From assembly GCA_965204375.1 (NCBI GenBank), contig OZ241986.1, forward strand, positions 3,744,001 to 3,808,000: a stretch of 64,000 bases of DNA. Reading direction: 5' to 3'. Position numbers and translations under genes: made by a program. Below the pieces are notes generated by a model, which did no database searches, had not been told where the DNA came from, and worked only from the letters and a program-made list of their open reading frames with translations. Position 1 is the first letter of the stretch. The number at the start of each line of letters is the position of its first letter. Of the stretch, positions 9,368 through 19,130 are shown in pieces. The stretch is from Candidatus Latescibacterota bacterium (lineage in GTDB: Bacteria; Latescibacterota; UBA2968).

Positions 9368-12223
9368 ATGATCAGGAACTACTTTATCCTCCTTTGCTGC
9401 GCGTGTGTCATAACCTCGTGTGCAACAACGCAGACAGAAGTTGAAACACCTCAACCACCAGTTCCCCAACCGCCACCATCACCCACCCTACCCATCGATC
9501 CTGCTGTGCGAACGGGCAAACTGGCAAATGGGCTTCGCTACGTAATCCGGGAAAACAAACGACCGGAAAACCGCGCCGAATTGCGCCTCGTCGTCAATGC
9601 GGGATCCATTCTGGAAGACGAAGACCAGCAGGGACTGGCGCACTTTGCCGAACACATGGCATTTAATGGCACGGCCAACTTTCCCAAACAGGAAATAATC
9701 GATTTTCTCGAAAGTATTGGCATGCGCTTTGGCGCGCACTTAAATGCCTACACGAGTTTTGACGAGACCGTCTATATGCTGCGCGTGCCCACAGACAGCA
9801 CCGAAGTAATGGAAAAAGCATTTCGCATTATGGGCGACTGGGCGCATCGGGTAAAATTTGATCCCGAAGAAATCGAAAAAGAAAGAGGCGTGGTCATAGA
9901 AGAATGGCGTTCGGGACGCGGAGCCAGAGCGCGCATGCGCGACAAACAATTGCCGATCTTACTCAAAGACTCGCGTTATGCCGAGCGTTTGCCCATCGGA
10001 CAAAAAGCACTGCTCGACACATTCAAGCACGAATCCCTCACGCGCTTTTATCGCGACTGGTATCGCCCCGACCTCATGGCAGTCATCGCAGTGGGAGACT
10101 TTGAAACAGACGCGATTGAAACCCTGATCAAAAAGACCTTTGAACCAATTCCAAAAACAGAGAACCCACGCGCGCGAACCACTTATACGGTTCCCGACCA
10201 CGGTGAAACCCTGTTTGCGATTACAACCGACCCGGAAAATTCTCAATCTTCCATCGATATCTATTTTATGCAAGATGTCGCGCCCGAAGGAACAGTAGAA
10301 GATTATCGCAGCATGCTCATTCGCAACATGTTCAACAGCATGCTCAATCAGCGATTCAGAGAAATAACCAAAAAACCCGATCCGCCATTTCTGGGCGCAG
10401 GCTCCGGCCGCGGAAACCTCGTCAGAACCAAAGCCGCATACATCCTGGGCGCAGGCGTCAAAGAAGGGGGAATTGAACGCGGACTGGAAGCCGTCTTAAC
10501 CGAAGCCATTCGCGTCCAACGCCACGGATTTACGCAACCCGAAGTAGATCGCTTAAAAACCAACATGTTGCGCAGCATTGAACAATCTTATCGCGAACGC
10601 GACAGGCGCCGTTCGCGCGGTTTTGCATCGGAATACATCCGTCACATATTGACAGGCGAACCCATTCCGGGCATTGAAATCGAACGCGATTTATTTCGTG
10701 AACTACTCCCCGGCATTCAAGTCGAAGAAATCAACCGCCTCGTCGGCGAATGGATCACCGACAAAAACCGCGTCATCGTAGTCAGCGCACCCGAGAAAGA
10801 TGGCCTACCTGTACCATCCGAAGCGGACTTGTTAAACATAATCAACGAAGTCCAACAAAAAGATGTGGAACCCTATGAGGAAGATGTATCCGACGATCCC
10901 CTCATCGCGAATATCCCGACACCCGGAAAGGTCGTAAGCGAAACCACCATTGACACATTTAACGTCACCGAGTGGAAATTGAGCAATGGAGTAAAAGTCG
11001 TCATGAAGCCCACGGACTTCAAAAACGACGAAATCCTGTTCACATCCTTCAGCCCGGGCGGGCATTCTCTATCAAGCGATGAAAACTACATGGCGGCATC
11101 CACAGCGACATCAGCCATAATGGAAAGCGGTCTGGGAAAATTCAATCAAATTGAACTCAATAAAAAACTCGCTGGCAAAGTCGTGCGCGTATCGCCCCGC
11201 ATCAGCAGCCTCAGCGAAGGCGTATCGGGCAGCGCGTCTCCCGAAGACATAGAAACCATGTTTCAACTCATCTATCTCATCTTCACAGAACCGCGTGCAG
11301 ACTCTCTGGCATTTCAAGCACTACTGGACCGCTATCGAGGCATGTTGCAAAACCGGGATATGAGACCAACGACAGCGTATTCCGATACGATTCAAGTTAC
11401 CATGTCCCAATACCACTTCAGATCGCGCCCGCTATCAAACGAAATACTGGAGGAAATGGACCTGCAAAAATCGCTGGCATTTTACAAAGACCGATTTGCC
11501 GATGCCAGTGACTTCACATTCGTATTTGTCGGCAACTTTGAGCCAGAAAAAATAAAACCACTAATAGAAACCTATCTCGGCGGATTGCCCGCACTCAACC
11601 GCGGAGAAACCTGGCGCGACACAGGCGTCAGAGCACCAAAAGGCGTCATTGAAAAAACCGTGAAACGGGGACAGGAACCCAAAAGTAGCACACGGCTGAT
11701 CTTCACCGGGTCTATTGATTACAACGATCGATTCAGGCGGTATGTCTTTGGCTCAATGGGCGATGTCTTGCAGATAAAACTTCGGGAAGTACTCCGAGAA
11801 GATGAAGGCGGCACGTACGGCGTTGGCGTGCGCACATCTCTTTCGCGTTGGCCCGAAGGCCGATACAGCATCTCAATTAGCTTTGGATGCGATCCCGAAC
11901 GGTTGGAAGAATTGACACAACTCGTCTTTGCCCAAATTGACAGCATGAAACAAAAACCCGTCGAACAATCCTACATCGGCAAAGTGACCGAAATGGATCT
12001 GCGGGGTCGGGAGACCAATAAAAAAGAAAATAGCTACTGGCGCAGAACGCTAAGCTCGTATTACCAGAATGAGAGGGACTTGATGGCGTGGTTGACTTAT
12101 GAAGACGAAGTCATCAAAAAACTCACAGCAGAACATGTCCAAAAAGCAACACAGCAATACTTCAACATGGAAAACTACGCGCGATTCGTCCTGTTACCAG
12201 AAGAAGGAATGGCGGAAAAATGA
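9368..12223 (+). CDS. M16 family zinc metallopeptidase (PqqL-like) lipoprotein
   Basis: Inverted zinc motif HFAEH; NAYTSFDET; lipobox ITSC after a hydrophobic N-terminus. Confidence 0.92.
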   Translation: MIRNYFILLCCACVITSCATTQTEVETPQPPVPQPPPSPTLPIDPAVRTGKLANGLRYVIRENKRPENRAELRLVVNAGSILEDEDQQGLAHFAEHMAFNGTANFPKQEIIDFLESIGMRFGAHLNAYTSFDETVYMLRVPTDSTEVMEKAFRIMGDWAHRVKFDPEEIEKERGVVIEEWRSGRGARARMRDKQLPILLKDSRYAERLPIGQKALLDTFKHESLTRFYRDWYRPDLMAVIAVGDFETDAIETLIKKTFEPIPKTENPRARTTYTVPDHGETLFAITTDPENSQSSIDIYFMQDVAPEGTVEDYRSMLIRNMFNSMLNQRFREITKKPDPPFLGAGSGRGNLVRTKAAYILGAGVKEGGIERGLEAVLTEAIRVQRHGFTQPEVDRLKTNMLRSIEQSYRERDRRRSRGFASEYIRHILTGEPIPGIEIERDLFRELLPGIQVEEINRLVGEWITDKNRVIVVSAPEKDGLPVPSEADLLNIINEVQQKDVEPYEEDVSDDPLIANIPTPGKVVSETTIDTFNVTEWKLSNGVKVVMKPTDFKNDEILFTSFSPGGHSLSSDENYMAASTATSAIMESGLGKFNQIELNKKLAGKVVRVSPRISSLSEGVSGSASPEDIETMFQLIYLIFTEPRADSLAFQALLDRYRGMLQNRDMRPTTAYSDTIQVTMSQYHFRSRPLSNEILEEMDLQKSLAFYKDRFADASDFTFVFVGNFEPEKIKPLIETYLGGLPALNRGETWRDTGVRAPKGVIEKTVKRGQEPKSSTRLIFTGSIDYNDRFRRYVFGSMGDVLQIKLREVLREDEGGTYGVGVRTSLSRWPEGRYSISISFGCDPERLEELTQLVFAQIDSMKQKPVEQSYIGKVTEMDLRGRETNKKENSYWRRTLSSYYQNERDLMAWLTYEDEVIKKLTAEHVQKATQQYFNMENYARFVLLPEEGMAEK

Positions 12224-12927
12224 CCATAGACGCCGACATGAACCGCTTGAAAAACGCCACCTATCCCGGTCGTGGCATTGTAATAGGACAAACTCCTGAT
12301 ACCTCATGTATGGTTCAGATCTACTGGATCATGGGCCGCAGTCCCAGCAGTCGCAACCGCGTATTTGTGCGCGAAGGCGACGCGGTTAAAACCGACACCG
12401 TGGATAAATCCCAGGATGTAGATCCACTAACCCTGTACTATCCCATCAAAGTACTGGGCGATGCGCATATCGTCACAAATGGCGACCAGACCGACACCAT
12501 CGTCCAGGCCCTGCAAAACGGCGGCTCGTTTGAATCCGCCCTGAAAACGCGCACTTATGAACCCGATGCTCCCAATTTTACACCGCGCATCTCTGGCCTT
12601 ACCGACCTGGGCGATTCCCGGGCCTATCGACTATCAGTCTTAAAAACCGTTGGCGGTGATGCGCGCTATTGCTCGCGCCAATTCTTCGACTATGAAACCG
12701 CGATTCCCGGCACGGGCCACTGTATTACAACATACACGGACGACGGCAACCCCTTGCCCTCATTCAAAGGAGAACCGTATGCCGTCGAATTATTCGACGA
12801 CATACAGCAAACCGCCAATGTATTCTGGAACCTGTTAGACGAAGACAATCGCGTCTCGCTACTCGTAAAATTCATCCATTCCGAAACCTCTGATCTGGTA
12901 ATCGTGAACAAATACGGATCAGGATGA
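12220..12927 (+). CDS. IMP cyclohydrolase-like protein (PurO family)
   Basis: YPGRGI, SRNR, IVTNGDQTD and YEPDAPNFTPRISG motifs. Confidence 0.85.
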   Translation: MTIDADMNRLKNATYPGRGIVIGQTPDTSCMVQIYWIMGRSPSSRNRVFVREGDAVKTDTVDKSQDVDPLTLYYPIKVLGDAHIVTNGDQTDTIVQALQNGGSFESALKTRTYEPDAPNFTPRISGLTDLGDSRAYRLSVLKTVGGDARYCSRQFFDYETAIPGTGHCITTYTDDGNPLPSFKGEPYAVELFDDIQQTANVFWNLLDEDNRVSLLVKFIHSETSDLVIVNKYGSG

Positions 12928-13080
12928 AAGGATTAAAGGATTTTCAGGATTAAAAACCCGTAATACAGGTTAGGATAAAAAATTCGTAGATGAAAGGCAC
13001 AAGCACAGCCTACCAGTCTGCCATCTGCACAGGCAGGAAACGGAGAGAAGCAAGGATTAAAGGATTTTCAGGATTAAAAA
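12928..13080 (+). repeat. Exact 29-bp direct repeat AAGGATTAAAGGATTTTCAGGATTAAAAA (12928-12956 and 13052-13080)
   Basis: Read directly from the sequence. Built of ~9-bp GGAT units; a related inverted array lies at ~31971-32008. Confidence 0.85.
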
Positions 13081-13101
13081 ACTGCAGGAAGGAGCACCTC
13101 T

Positions 13102-14199
13102 ATGGAACCAATCAAATACGGTATGTTCATCATGCCCTTCCACGCCCCGGACAAACCGTTGAGTCAGGGATTTGACGAGGATCTGGAGCTCGTTGTCAAA
13201 GCCGAGGAACTGGGCTTTGATGAATTTTGGATCGGCGAACACCACACCATGAAATACGAGACCATTGTCACGCCCGAAATTTTCATCGGACGCGCCCTGG
13301 GTGAGACCCAGAACATCCGCCTGGGACCGGCACCGGTCTGTTTGAACCTGCACCACCCCGCCTATGTGGCCAGTCGTCTATCTTTTTTGGATCACCTATC
13401 CAAAGGCCGACTCAACCTGTGCTTTGGCCCGGGCAGTGTCACCTCAGACCAGGAACTGTACGGCCTGGATCCCAAATCGGGCGGTGCAATGACCGGGGAA
13501 GCCATTGACGCCATCCTCAACTTGTGGACATCGGATCCGCCCTACGAGCACCGGGGGAAATACTGGCAATTCCAGCTCAAAGACAATATTGACGAAGAAA
13601 CCCTGATCGGCTTCATCCACAAACCCCTGCAACAGCCCCACCCGCCCATCGCCATGCCGGGAATGAGCCGCAATTCACACAGCATGCAAACCGCTGGCGA
13701 GCGCGGCTTCCAGCCCTTTTCCGCCTGCCTGATATCGGGCAACGTGGTAGCCGACAACTGGCAGATCTATGAGCAGAGTGCCCTGCAAGCGGGACGGCAA
13801 CCGCAGCGAACCGACTGGAAAATCGCCCGTTCAATCTTTCTCGCCGACACCACAGCCGAAGCCGTAAAAAAGGCGCAGAACAATTCCCTGGCAAAAAATT
13901 ACGAATACATCGGGCGTCTATTCGACAAGGGCCTGGGGCGCCAGGTGTACAAGCGCGACTTGGACATGCCCGACTCCGAGTGCAATCTGGACTATTTGAT
14001 GACCGAACAAATCATCGCTGGCGACGTCGATGAAGCACTGCGTCGCTTGCTGGCTCTGTTCGAGGAAACCGGACCCTTTGGCACTCTGGTGCTCATGGGC
14101 TATGACTGGGACGACAAAGATAGTTGGGTGTACAGCATGGAATTATTCGCCCGTGAACTAATGCCAGCATTGAACAAGGCAGTGGGCGCGGTACCTTAG
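13102..14199 (+). CDS. LLM-class (luciferase-like) flavin-dependent oxidoreductase
   Basis: FDEFWIGEHH, LDHLSKGRL and KPLQQPHPPI motifs. Confidence 0.9.
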   Translation: MEPIKYGMFIMPFHAPDKPLSQGFDEDLELVVKAEELGFDEFWIGEHHTMKYETIVTPEIFIGRALGETQNIRLGPAPVCLNLHHPAYVASRLSFLDHLSKGRLNLCFGPGSVTSDQELYGLDPKSGGAMTGEAIDAILNLWTSDPPYEHRGKYWQFQLKDNIDEETLIGFIHKPLQQPHPPIAMPGMSRNSHSMQTAGERGFQPFSACLISGNVVADNWQIYEQSALQAGRQPQRTDWKIARSIFLADTTAEAVKKAQNNSLAKNYEYIGRLFDKGLGRQVYKRDLDMPDSECNLDYLMTEQIIAGDVDEALRRLLALFEETGPFGTLVLMGYDWDDKDSWVYSMELFARELMPALNKAVGAVP

Positions 14200-14208
14200 A
14201 GGCCAAAA

Positions 14209-14916
14209 ATGACAATCAAAGCATTGACATTTGACGTATTCGGCACAGTCGTTGATTGGCGCAGTTCGGTCATCCGCGACGGCGAGCGATTGGGCGAACG
14301 CATGGGATTGGATGTGGATTGGGCCGCATTTGCCGATGCGTGGCGCGGGGGCTATGGTCCGTCGATGAACCGCGTGCGCACGGGCGAATTGCCCTGGACA
14401 AAAATCGACGACCTGCACCGCATGATCCTGGACGAACTCATAGAAAAATTCGGCATCTCGGGATTATCCGAAGAAGAAATCGCGGACTTCAATCGCGTCT
14501 GGCATCGCCTTGCCCCCTGGCCCGATGCCGCAGGCGGCTTATGGCGGTTAAAATCGCGGTACCTGATCGCCACACTATCCAACGGCAATGTATCGCTACT
14601 CGCCAACATGGCAAAATACGGCGGACTGCCCTGGGATTGCATCTTCTCAGCCGAATTGGCCGGGCATTACAAACCCGACGCCGAGACCTATTTGAAAGCC
14701 ATCGAACTGCTCAGTTGTGAACCCCATGAAGTCATGATGGTCGCCGCTCATCAGGGCGACCTGCACCACGCAGCGCGCGTCGGCATGAAAACGGCTTATG
14801 TATTCCGACCCCTCGAACGGGGACCCAACGCAAAAAAAGATCTACCCCCCGATTTGGACTTTGACATCATAGCCCATGATTTTCACGACCTCGCCGATCA
14901 ACTGGGGTGTTATTAA
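14209..14916 (+). CDS. Haloacid dehalogenase, type II (HAD superfamily)
   Basis: FDVFGTVVDW, LSNGN, YKP and MVAAH motifs. Confidence 0.9.
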   Translation: MTIKALTFDVFGTVVDWRSSVIRDGERLGERMGLDVDWAAFADAWRGGYGPSMNRVRTGELPWTKIDDLHRMILDELIEKFGISGLSEEEIADFNRVWHRLAPWPDAAGGLWRLKSRYLIATLSNGNVSLLANMAKYGGLPWDCIFSAELAGHYKPDAETYLKAIELLSCEPHEVMMVAAHQGDLHHAARVGMKTAYVFRPLERGPNAKKDLPPDLDFDIIAHDFHDLADQLGCY

Positions 14917-14918
14917 AA

Positions 14919-15653
14919 ATGAAACTCACCGATTTCAAAGTCCTGACATTCGATTGCTATGGCACACTCATCGACTGGGAAACCGGGATGATCAAAGGGC
15001 TGGAGCCGCTTCTATCAAAAGTCGAACGAAAAGTGTCGCGCAATGAAATCCTTCAAGCGCACGCGCGACACGAATCAACGCAACAAACCTGGACGCCGGG
15101 CATGCGCTATTCCGAACTCCTCGCCATCGTATATAAACGCCTCGCCGAAGAATGGGGCGTCGCCGTCGCGCCCGATGAATGCGCCGCATACGGCCAATCG
15201 ATAAAACAATGGCCTGCGTTTTCCGATTCTCCCGACGCACTGCAATATCTCAAAAAGCACTACAAGCTCGCAATCCTGTCCAACGTAGATAACAACAGCT
15301 TCAAATACAGCAACGACCGTCTCGGTGTCGAGTTTGACGCAATATACACGGCTGAAGACATAGGATCGTACAAACCTGCGGATCGAAACTTCAAATACAT
15401 GCTGGAACACCTCAAATCGCTCGGCATTGAAAAATCGGAAATTCTACACACCGCAGAAAGCTTATACCACGACCACATTCCGGCAAACAAAAACGGACTC
15501 GCCTCTTGCTGGATCTACAGACGCTCCAATGAAGAAGGCTTCGGCGCGACCATAGACCCAGGCGAAATGCCAAACTACGATTTTCAATTCAATAGCATGG
15601 CCGATCTCGTAAAAGCGCATCAGGAGACTTTTTCAACAACTCCCAATGTTTAA
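14919..15653 (+). CDS. Haloacid dehalogenase, type II (HAD superfamily)
   Basis: FDCYGTLIDWE, LSNVD, SYKP and HTAESLYHDH motifs. Confidence 0.9.
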   Translation: MKLTDFKVLTFDCYGTLIDWETGMIKGLEPLLSKVERKVSRNEILQAHARHESTQQTWTPGMRYSELLAIVYKRLAEEWGVAVAPDECAAYGQSIKQWPAFSDSPDALQYLKKHYKLAILSNVDNNSFKYSNDRLGVEFDAIYTAEDIGSYKPADRNFKYMLEHLKSLGIEKSEILHTAESLYHDHIPANKNGLASCWIYRRSNEEGFGATIDPGEMPNYDFQFNSMADLVKAHQETFSTTPNV

Positions 15654-15669
15654 AACAACTTATAAGTGA

Positions 15670-15957
15670 TCAAATAGGTGTCGCGTGCAACCGAAAGCCC
15701 AATGCGTGTATAACCTTGAGCACGGTGGCAAAACCCGGATTCCCGTCAGGCGACAATGCTTTGTAGAGACTTGTGCGTCCGAGACCTGTTTCACGGGCAA
15801 TTTGCGTCATACCTTTGGCGCATGCGATATCGCCTAAGGCAGCAGTGATTAAACTGGGATCGCCATCCTCAAGCACGGCTTCGAGGTACGCGGCGATATC
15901 TTCTTTGGTCTTCAGATGGGTCGCAGCATTCCAGGGATGTGTTTTCGTCTTTCCCAT
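15670..15957 (-). CDS. Putative addiction module antidote protein (HI1420-like HTH)
   Basis: IAAYL...ALGDIA.AKGMTQIARETGL.R.SLYKALS..GNP motif. Confidence 0.88.
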   Translation of the reverse strand: MGKTKTHPWNAATHLKTKEDIAAYLEAVLEDGDPSLITAALGDIACAKGMTQIARETGLGRTSLYKALSPDGNPGFATVLKVIHALGFRLHATPI

Positions 15958-15987
15958 GATTATCTCCTCTTCATTCCGGAAAGAACG

Positions 15988-16899
15988 TCACACATCATCT
16001 AACGTGCGTTCAAATGCTTCGAGATTGGTAGCCTGAATTGCCGCACGAAGCAACTGCTTCAGACGTTGCAAATCGTCAATGGTGGCAATGCGATCAGATA
16101 TAGGATGCGCCTTGTCTAGACCAAATCGAATCTCCAATACATCGAGAATATCTTCAATGGCGCGTTCTCTTTCTCCCTGCTGAATCCATTGTTCTTTGTT
16201 TTCCTCAATCTCTTGCTCAATGAGGTATTGGGCAAATGAGGATTCGCGGATGAGATCCATCAATCCCTCCTTTGAAATAAGGTTCGCAATCATTTCTCGA
16301 TCATGCACCAACCCACCCAAAACTGATAGACCTGCGAGAAAATCGCCCTTGGCAGATTCATCCAGCGGCAGGTCAGTCGCACAGTCAACACACGCACCAA
16401 ACCACGACTCCGAACCCATCCCTTCAGGCGGCTTCATCAATGATGCAAAGGGTATCAAGCCCGAATGGTCTGTATCAAGAACGCGCTGTCCTTCTACCTC
16501 TATCAGTCTGATCACCTTGTATTGGATAATGAACTGACAGCCAAAACGCGACTGGATGTGGTATCCCGGATCGTTCTGTCCGGCATCGGGACGCAAGTAA
16601 ATGACAGCAGAATGGAAGGGCAGATCATATTGCTCAATGGCGCGACCGATGTACCCAGCCATACGACGCGGCATGGGCGGATTCGTGCTGTCGGCGGTTT
16701 GAAATTCATAGTGAATCAATACTTCTTCTTCGCCGATTCGCGCACGGATCAAGCTATCCGTGCGGCGTGCATCAATATTGGGTTGCTCTGTATCGAGGAG
16801 TGCGAGAAATTCGACATCGTCCCGTTCGAGTGTGAAGCGTATAAAATCCTGAGGATAGGTCTGGATGAGACGTTTGGAGATGGTATCGTATTTTCCCAT
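15988..16899 (-). CDS. Rpn family recombination-promoting nuclease / putative transposase
   Basis: YD..SK.L, RTDSL...HYEFQ (PD-(D/E)xK-like), MPRRMAGY and a C-terminal VLEIRFG..I..I.DL..LKQL module. Confidence 0.8.
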   Translation of the reverse strand: MGKYDTISKRLIQTYPQDFIRFTLERDDVEFLALLDTEQPNIDARRTDSLIRARIGEEEVLIHYEFQTADSTNPPMPRRMAGYIGRAIEQYDLPFHSAVIYLRPDAGQNDPGYHIQSRFGCQFIIQYKVIRLIEVEGQRVLDTDHSGLIPFASLMKPPEGMGSESWFGACVDCATDLPLDESAKGDFLAGLSVLGGLVHDREMIANLISKEGLMDLIRESSFAQYLIEQEIEENKEQWIQQGERERAIEDILDVLEIRFGLDKAHPISDRIATIDDLQRLKQLLRAAIQATNLEAFERTLDDV

Positions 16900-17138
16900 G
16901 CTGGTTGCCCTGGACTGGAGGTTGATCTGCTTTAGAACATGCAACAGTCAGACCTTGAGCAAAAAGCGAGCCAGAAAACGCCATCATCCAAAAATTGAGC
17001 CACATATTGTGAAAAAGAAGCGCAAACATCTCATTTTTTTGAAATATGCAGTATTGCGCTCGTATCTACAACCCAAATTTAAGCCTCATATCGAAAAATA
17101 AAGGCGGATTGGAACGCGCCGGATATGCAACAGTGAAC

Positions 17139-17329
17139 ATTTTGATCCATTGCCAATTTAAAAGTTGAAATCATTGCGCCCTACAAAGGAGATTGCGCGA
17201 GAAGCGACTCAGTGCTTCAAGGACATTACGCAGAAGGCGAGTAAGAACCCAATGCCTATCCGTCCTGCGCCATATCGGGGCGAAGAAACCATCATCCTGA
17301 AAACAGCGGACGCTTTAGTACGGGACTAA
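17139..17329 (+). pseudogene. Collapsed duplicate of the 22092-23363 gene and its upstream region
   Basis: 17139-17205 matches 21967-22033 (67 bp, 4 mismatches). It is followed by a VLQGH-coding patch and then a degenerate copy of the gene's 3' end (EPNAYP..PAPYRGEETIILKTADALVRD*). Confidence 0.85.
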
Positions 17330-17449
17330 AACTGTATAACATCAGCTAATATCATTCTTGCCCCGAAAAATTATGCAACTATTTTTTTGACATTGTAGGA
17401 ATAGTGTCCCCGGGTAGAATATTATCACGAGGCAGACTCTTGCTGCCCC

Positions 17450-17707
17450 TTTCCCAAAAAGCACCGCAGACGCATCCGGACGACCAACCTGTTGGAACGA
17501 CTCAACCGAGAGATCAAAAGACGGGCTGATGTGGTGCAGATCTTCCCCAATCAGGAGGCTTGTCAACGCCTTATAGGCGCGTTGTGTATGGAGTGGTCTG
17601 AAGAGTGGATCACGGGCAGACGCTATCTGGACATGAGGTATTTGAAATAAAAGCTCTGACCCCTATATCACGGAGCTACCTTTTTACAGAACTTTTGGGA
17701 CTTGACC
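17450..17707 (+). mobile_element. IS256-family remnant (transposase C-terminus plus right end)
   Basis: 17450-17650 translates as FPKKHRRRIRTTNLLERLNREIKRRADVVQIFPN...W..GRRYL*. It is followed by an IS256-like terminus TTTACAGAACTTTTGGGACTTGACC. Confidence 0.85.
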
Positions 17708-17873
17708 GGTAAATGATTGTCCAACCCAAAAATTGAAATAAAACCAAGTTATGAAAATGGGAAAAACAGCCAAAAAAAAGACGCCAAAAACAAGGTCTGA
17801 CGACTCTAAAAATGAGAGAACAAAGGCATTATATCAGAATCTTAGGGTACAATGCTTTGTTCGTTCAGGTTGG

Positions 17874-18167
17874 TTACTTGTGAAGACTTCTGGCGTCTCG
17901 AAGATGGTCGAGAAGATTTGAAATTTCATCAGCGAACCTGGCTTTAAAGACGGGGGTTGCGTCCGCAAGAGCGGCGTTTAGGGGCAAGTTATTGCTGGGA
18001 GAATTTTCTATGGCTTCTTGAAAACCTTCTAATTCTTCTATGAGGGTGTCTATGGCTTTGGTAGGCAATTGAAGAACAGACATTGTGATTATATACCAGT
18101 TAAAGCTAATTCGTGCGTTTAATTCTTCAAGTTTTGCTTCCAAACCTTCGATCTTATTGTCATTCAT
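17874..18167 (-). CDS. Hypothetical protein
   Basis: 97-aa ORF with an AAGGAG RBS; AT-rich; no recognised motif. Confidence 0.6.
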   Translation of the reverse strand: MNDNKIEGLEAKLEELNARISFNWYIITMSVLQLPTKAIDTLIEELEGFQEAIENSPSNNLPLNAALADATPVFKARFADEISNLLDHLRDARSLHK

Positions 18168-19130
18168 ATTTTACTCCTTTTCTTGACTATTAACAAATTG
18201 CCCTTGCCTGGACACTTTAGTTTTCCTAAATTTAAAGTGACCATGCAAGGTTGTTTGAGATTAGAGGGTCGTGTCTCTGCGAAAGACACGGCCTTTTTTT
18301 ATTTTGACAAAAGGGATTCCCCGTTCTTCTCCATCCATTCAAATGCGAGACTTTGTGCCGTAGAAACTTCTTCTCTTGTCATCACTTTAGCGAGTTGATC
18401 GCGGAGTTTGGCAGCCTTCTCGTCGCCATGCGCTGAGGCAAGGTTAAGCCACATATGGGCAACTGTGTCACTTTGTATGACACCATGGCCTTCCGCATGC
18501 ATTAGGCCAAGCATGCCCATAGCTTCAGCGTTTCCATTCTCTATGGCCTTGCGAATCCATTTAACCGCTTCTTTGTAGTTTTGTGGCACGCCTTGACTAT
18601 AATAATACATTATACCAAGTTCGCGTTGGGCATCGCTATTTCCTTGTGTTGCAGCTTTTATAAACCATTTCATGGCTTCTGAAAAATTTTGATTTATTTT
18701 GCCAGTGCGAAACATAAACCCAAGCAAATACTGAGCATGTTCTTGACCTTGTTCGGCTGCTTTATAGAACCATTTTGCAGCCTTGTTAAAATCCTGCTTT
18801 ACGCCATAATTTCCCTGATAATACGCAAGGCCAATTAGGGTTTTTGATATGCCACATCCATTCATCGCTGCCCTATGGTACCATACCATTGCTAAGGAAT
18901 CGTTTTGGGTTACACCTTTGCCGAGAGCATACGCATCTCCAAGTAAACGTTGGGACAGATACCAATCTTGCTTAGCGGATTTGCGAAACCATCTTATCGC
19001 TTCTGAAAAATCTTGTTTTAAATACTGCCCATTCCAGCAAAGCAAGCCAAGAACATATTGAGCAAGAACGTCGTCGTTTTCAGCGGCATATCTATATAAC
19101 TCGACTCCTTTTTTTTCGTCTTTTTTTACA

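Noticed and set aside
16986-17101. Imperfect direct repeat (CCAAAAATTGAGCCACATAT / CCCAAATTTAAGCCTCATAT) upstream of the Rpn gene
   Set aside because: Only two degenerate AT-rich copies; I cannot distinguish them from chance or assign a function.
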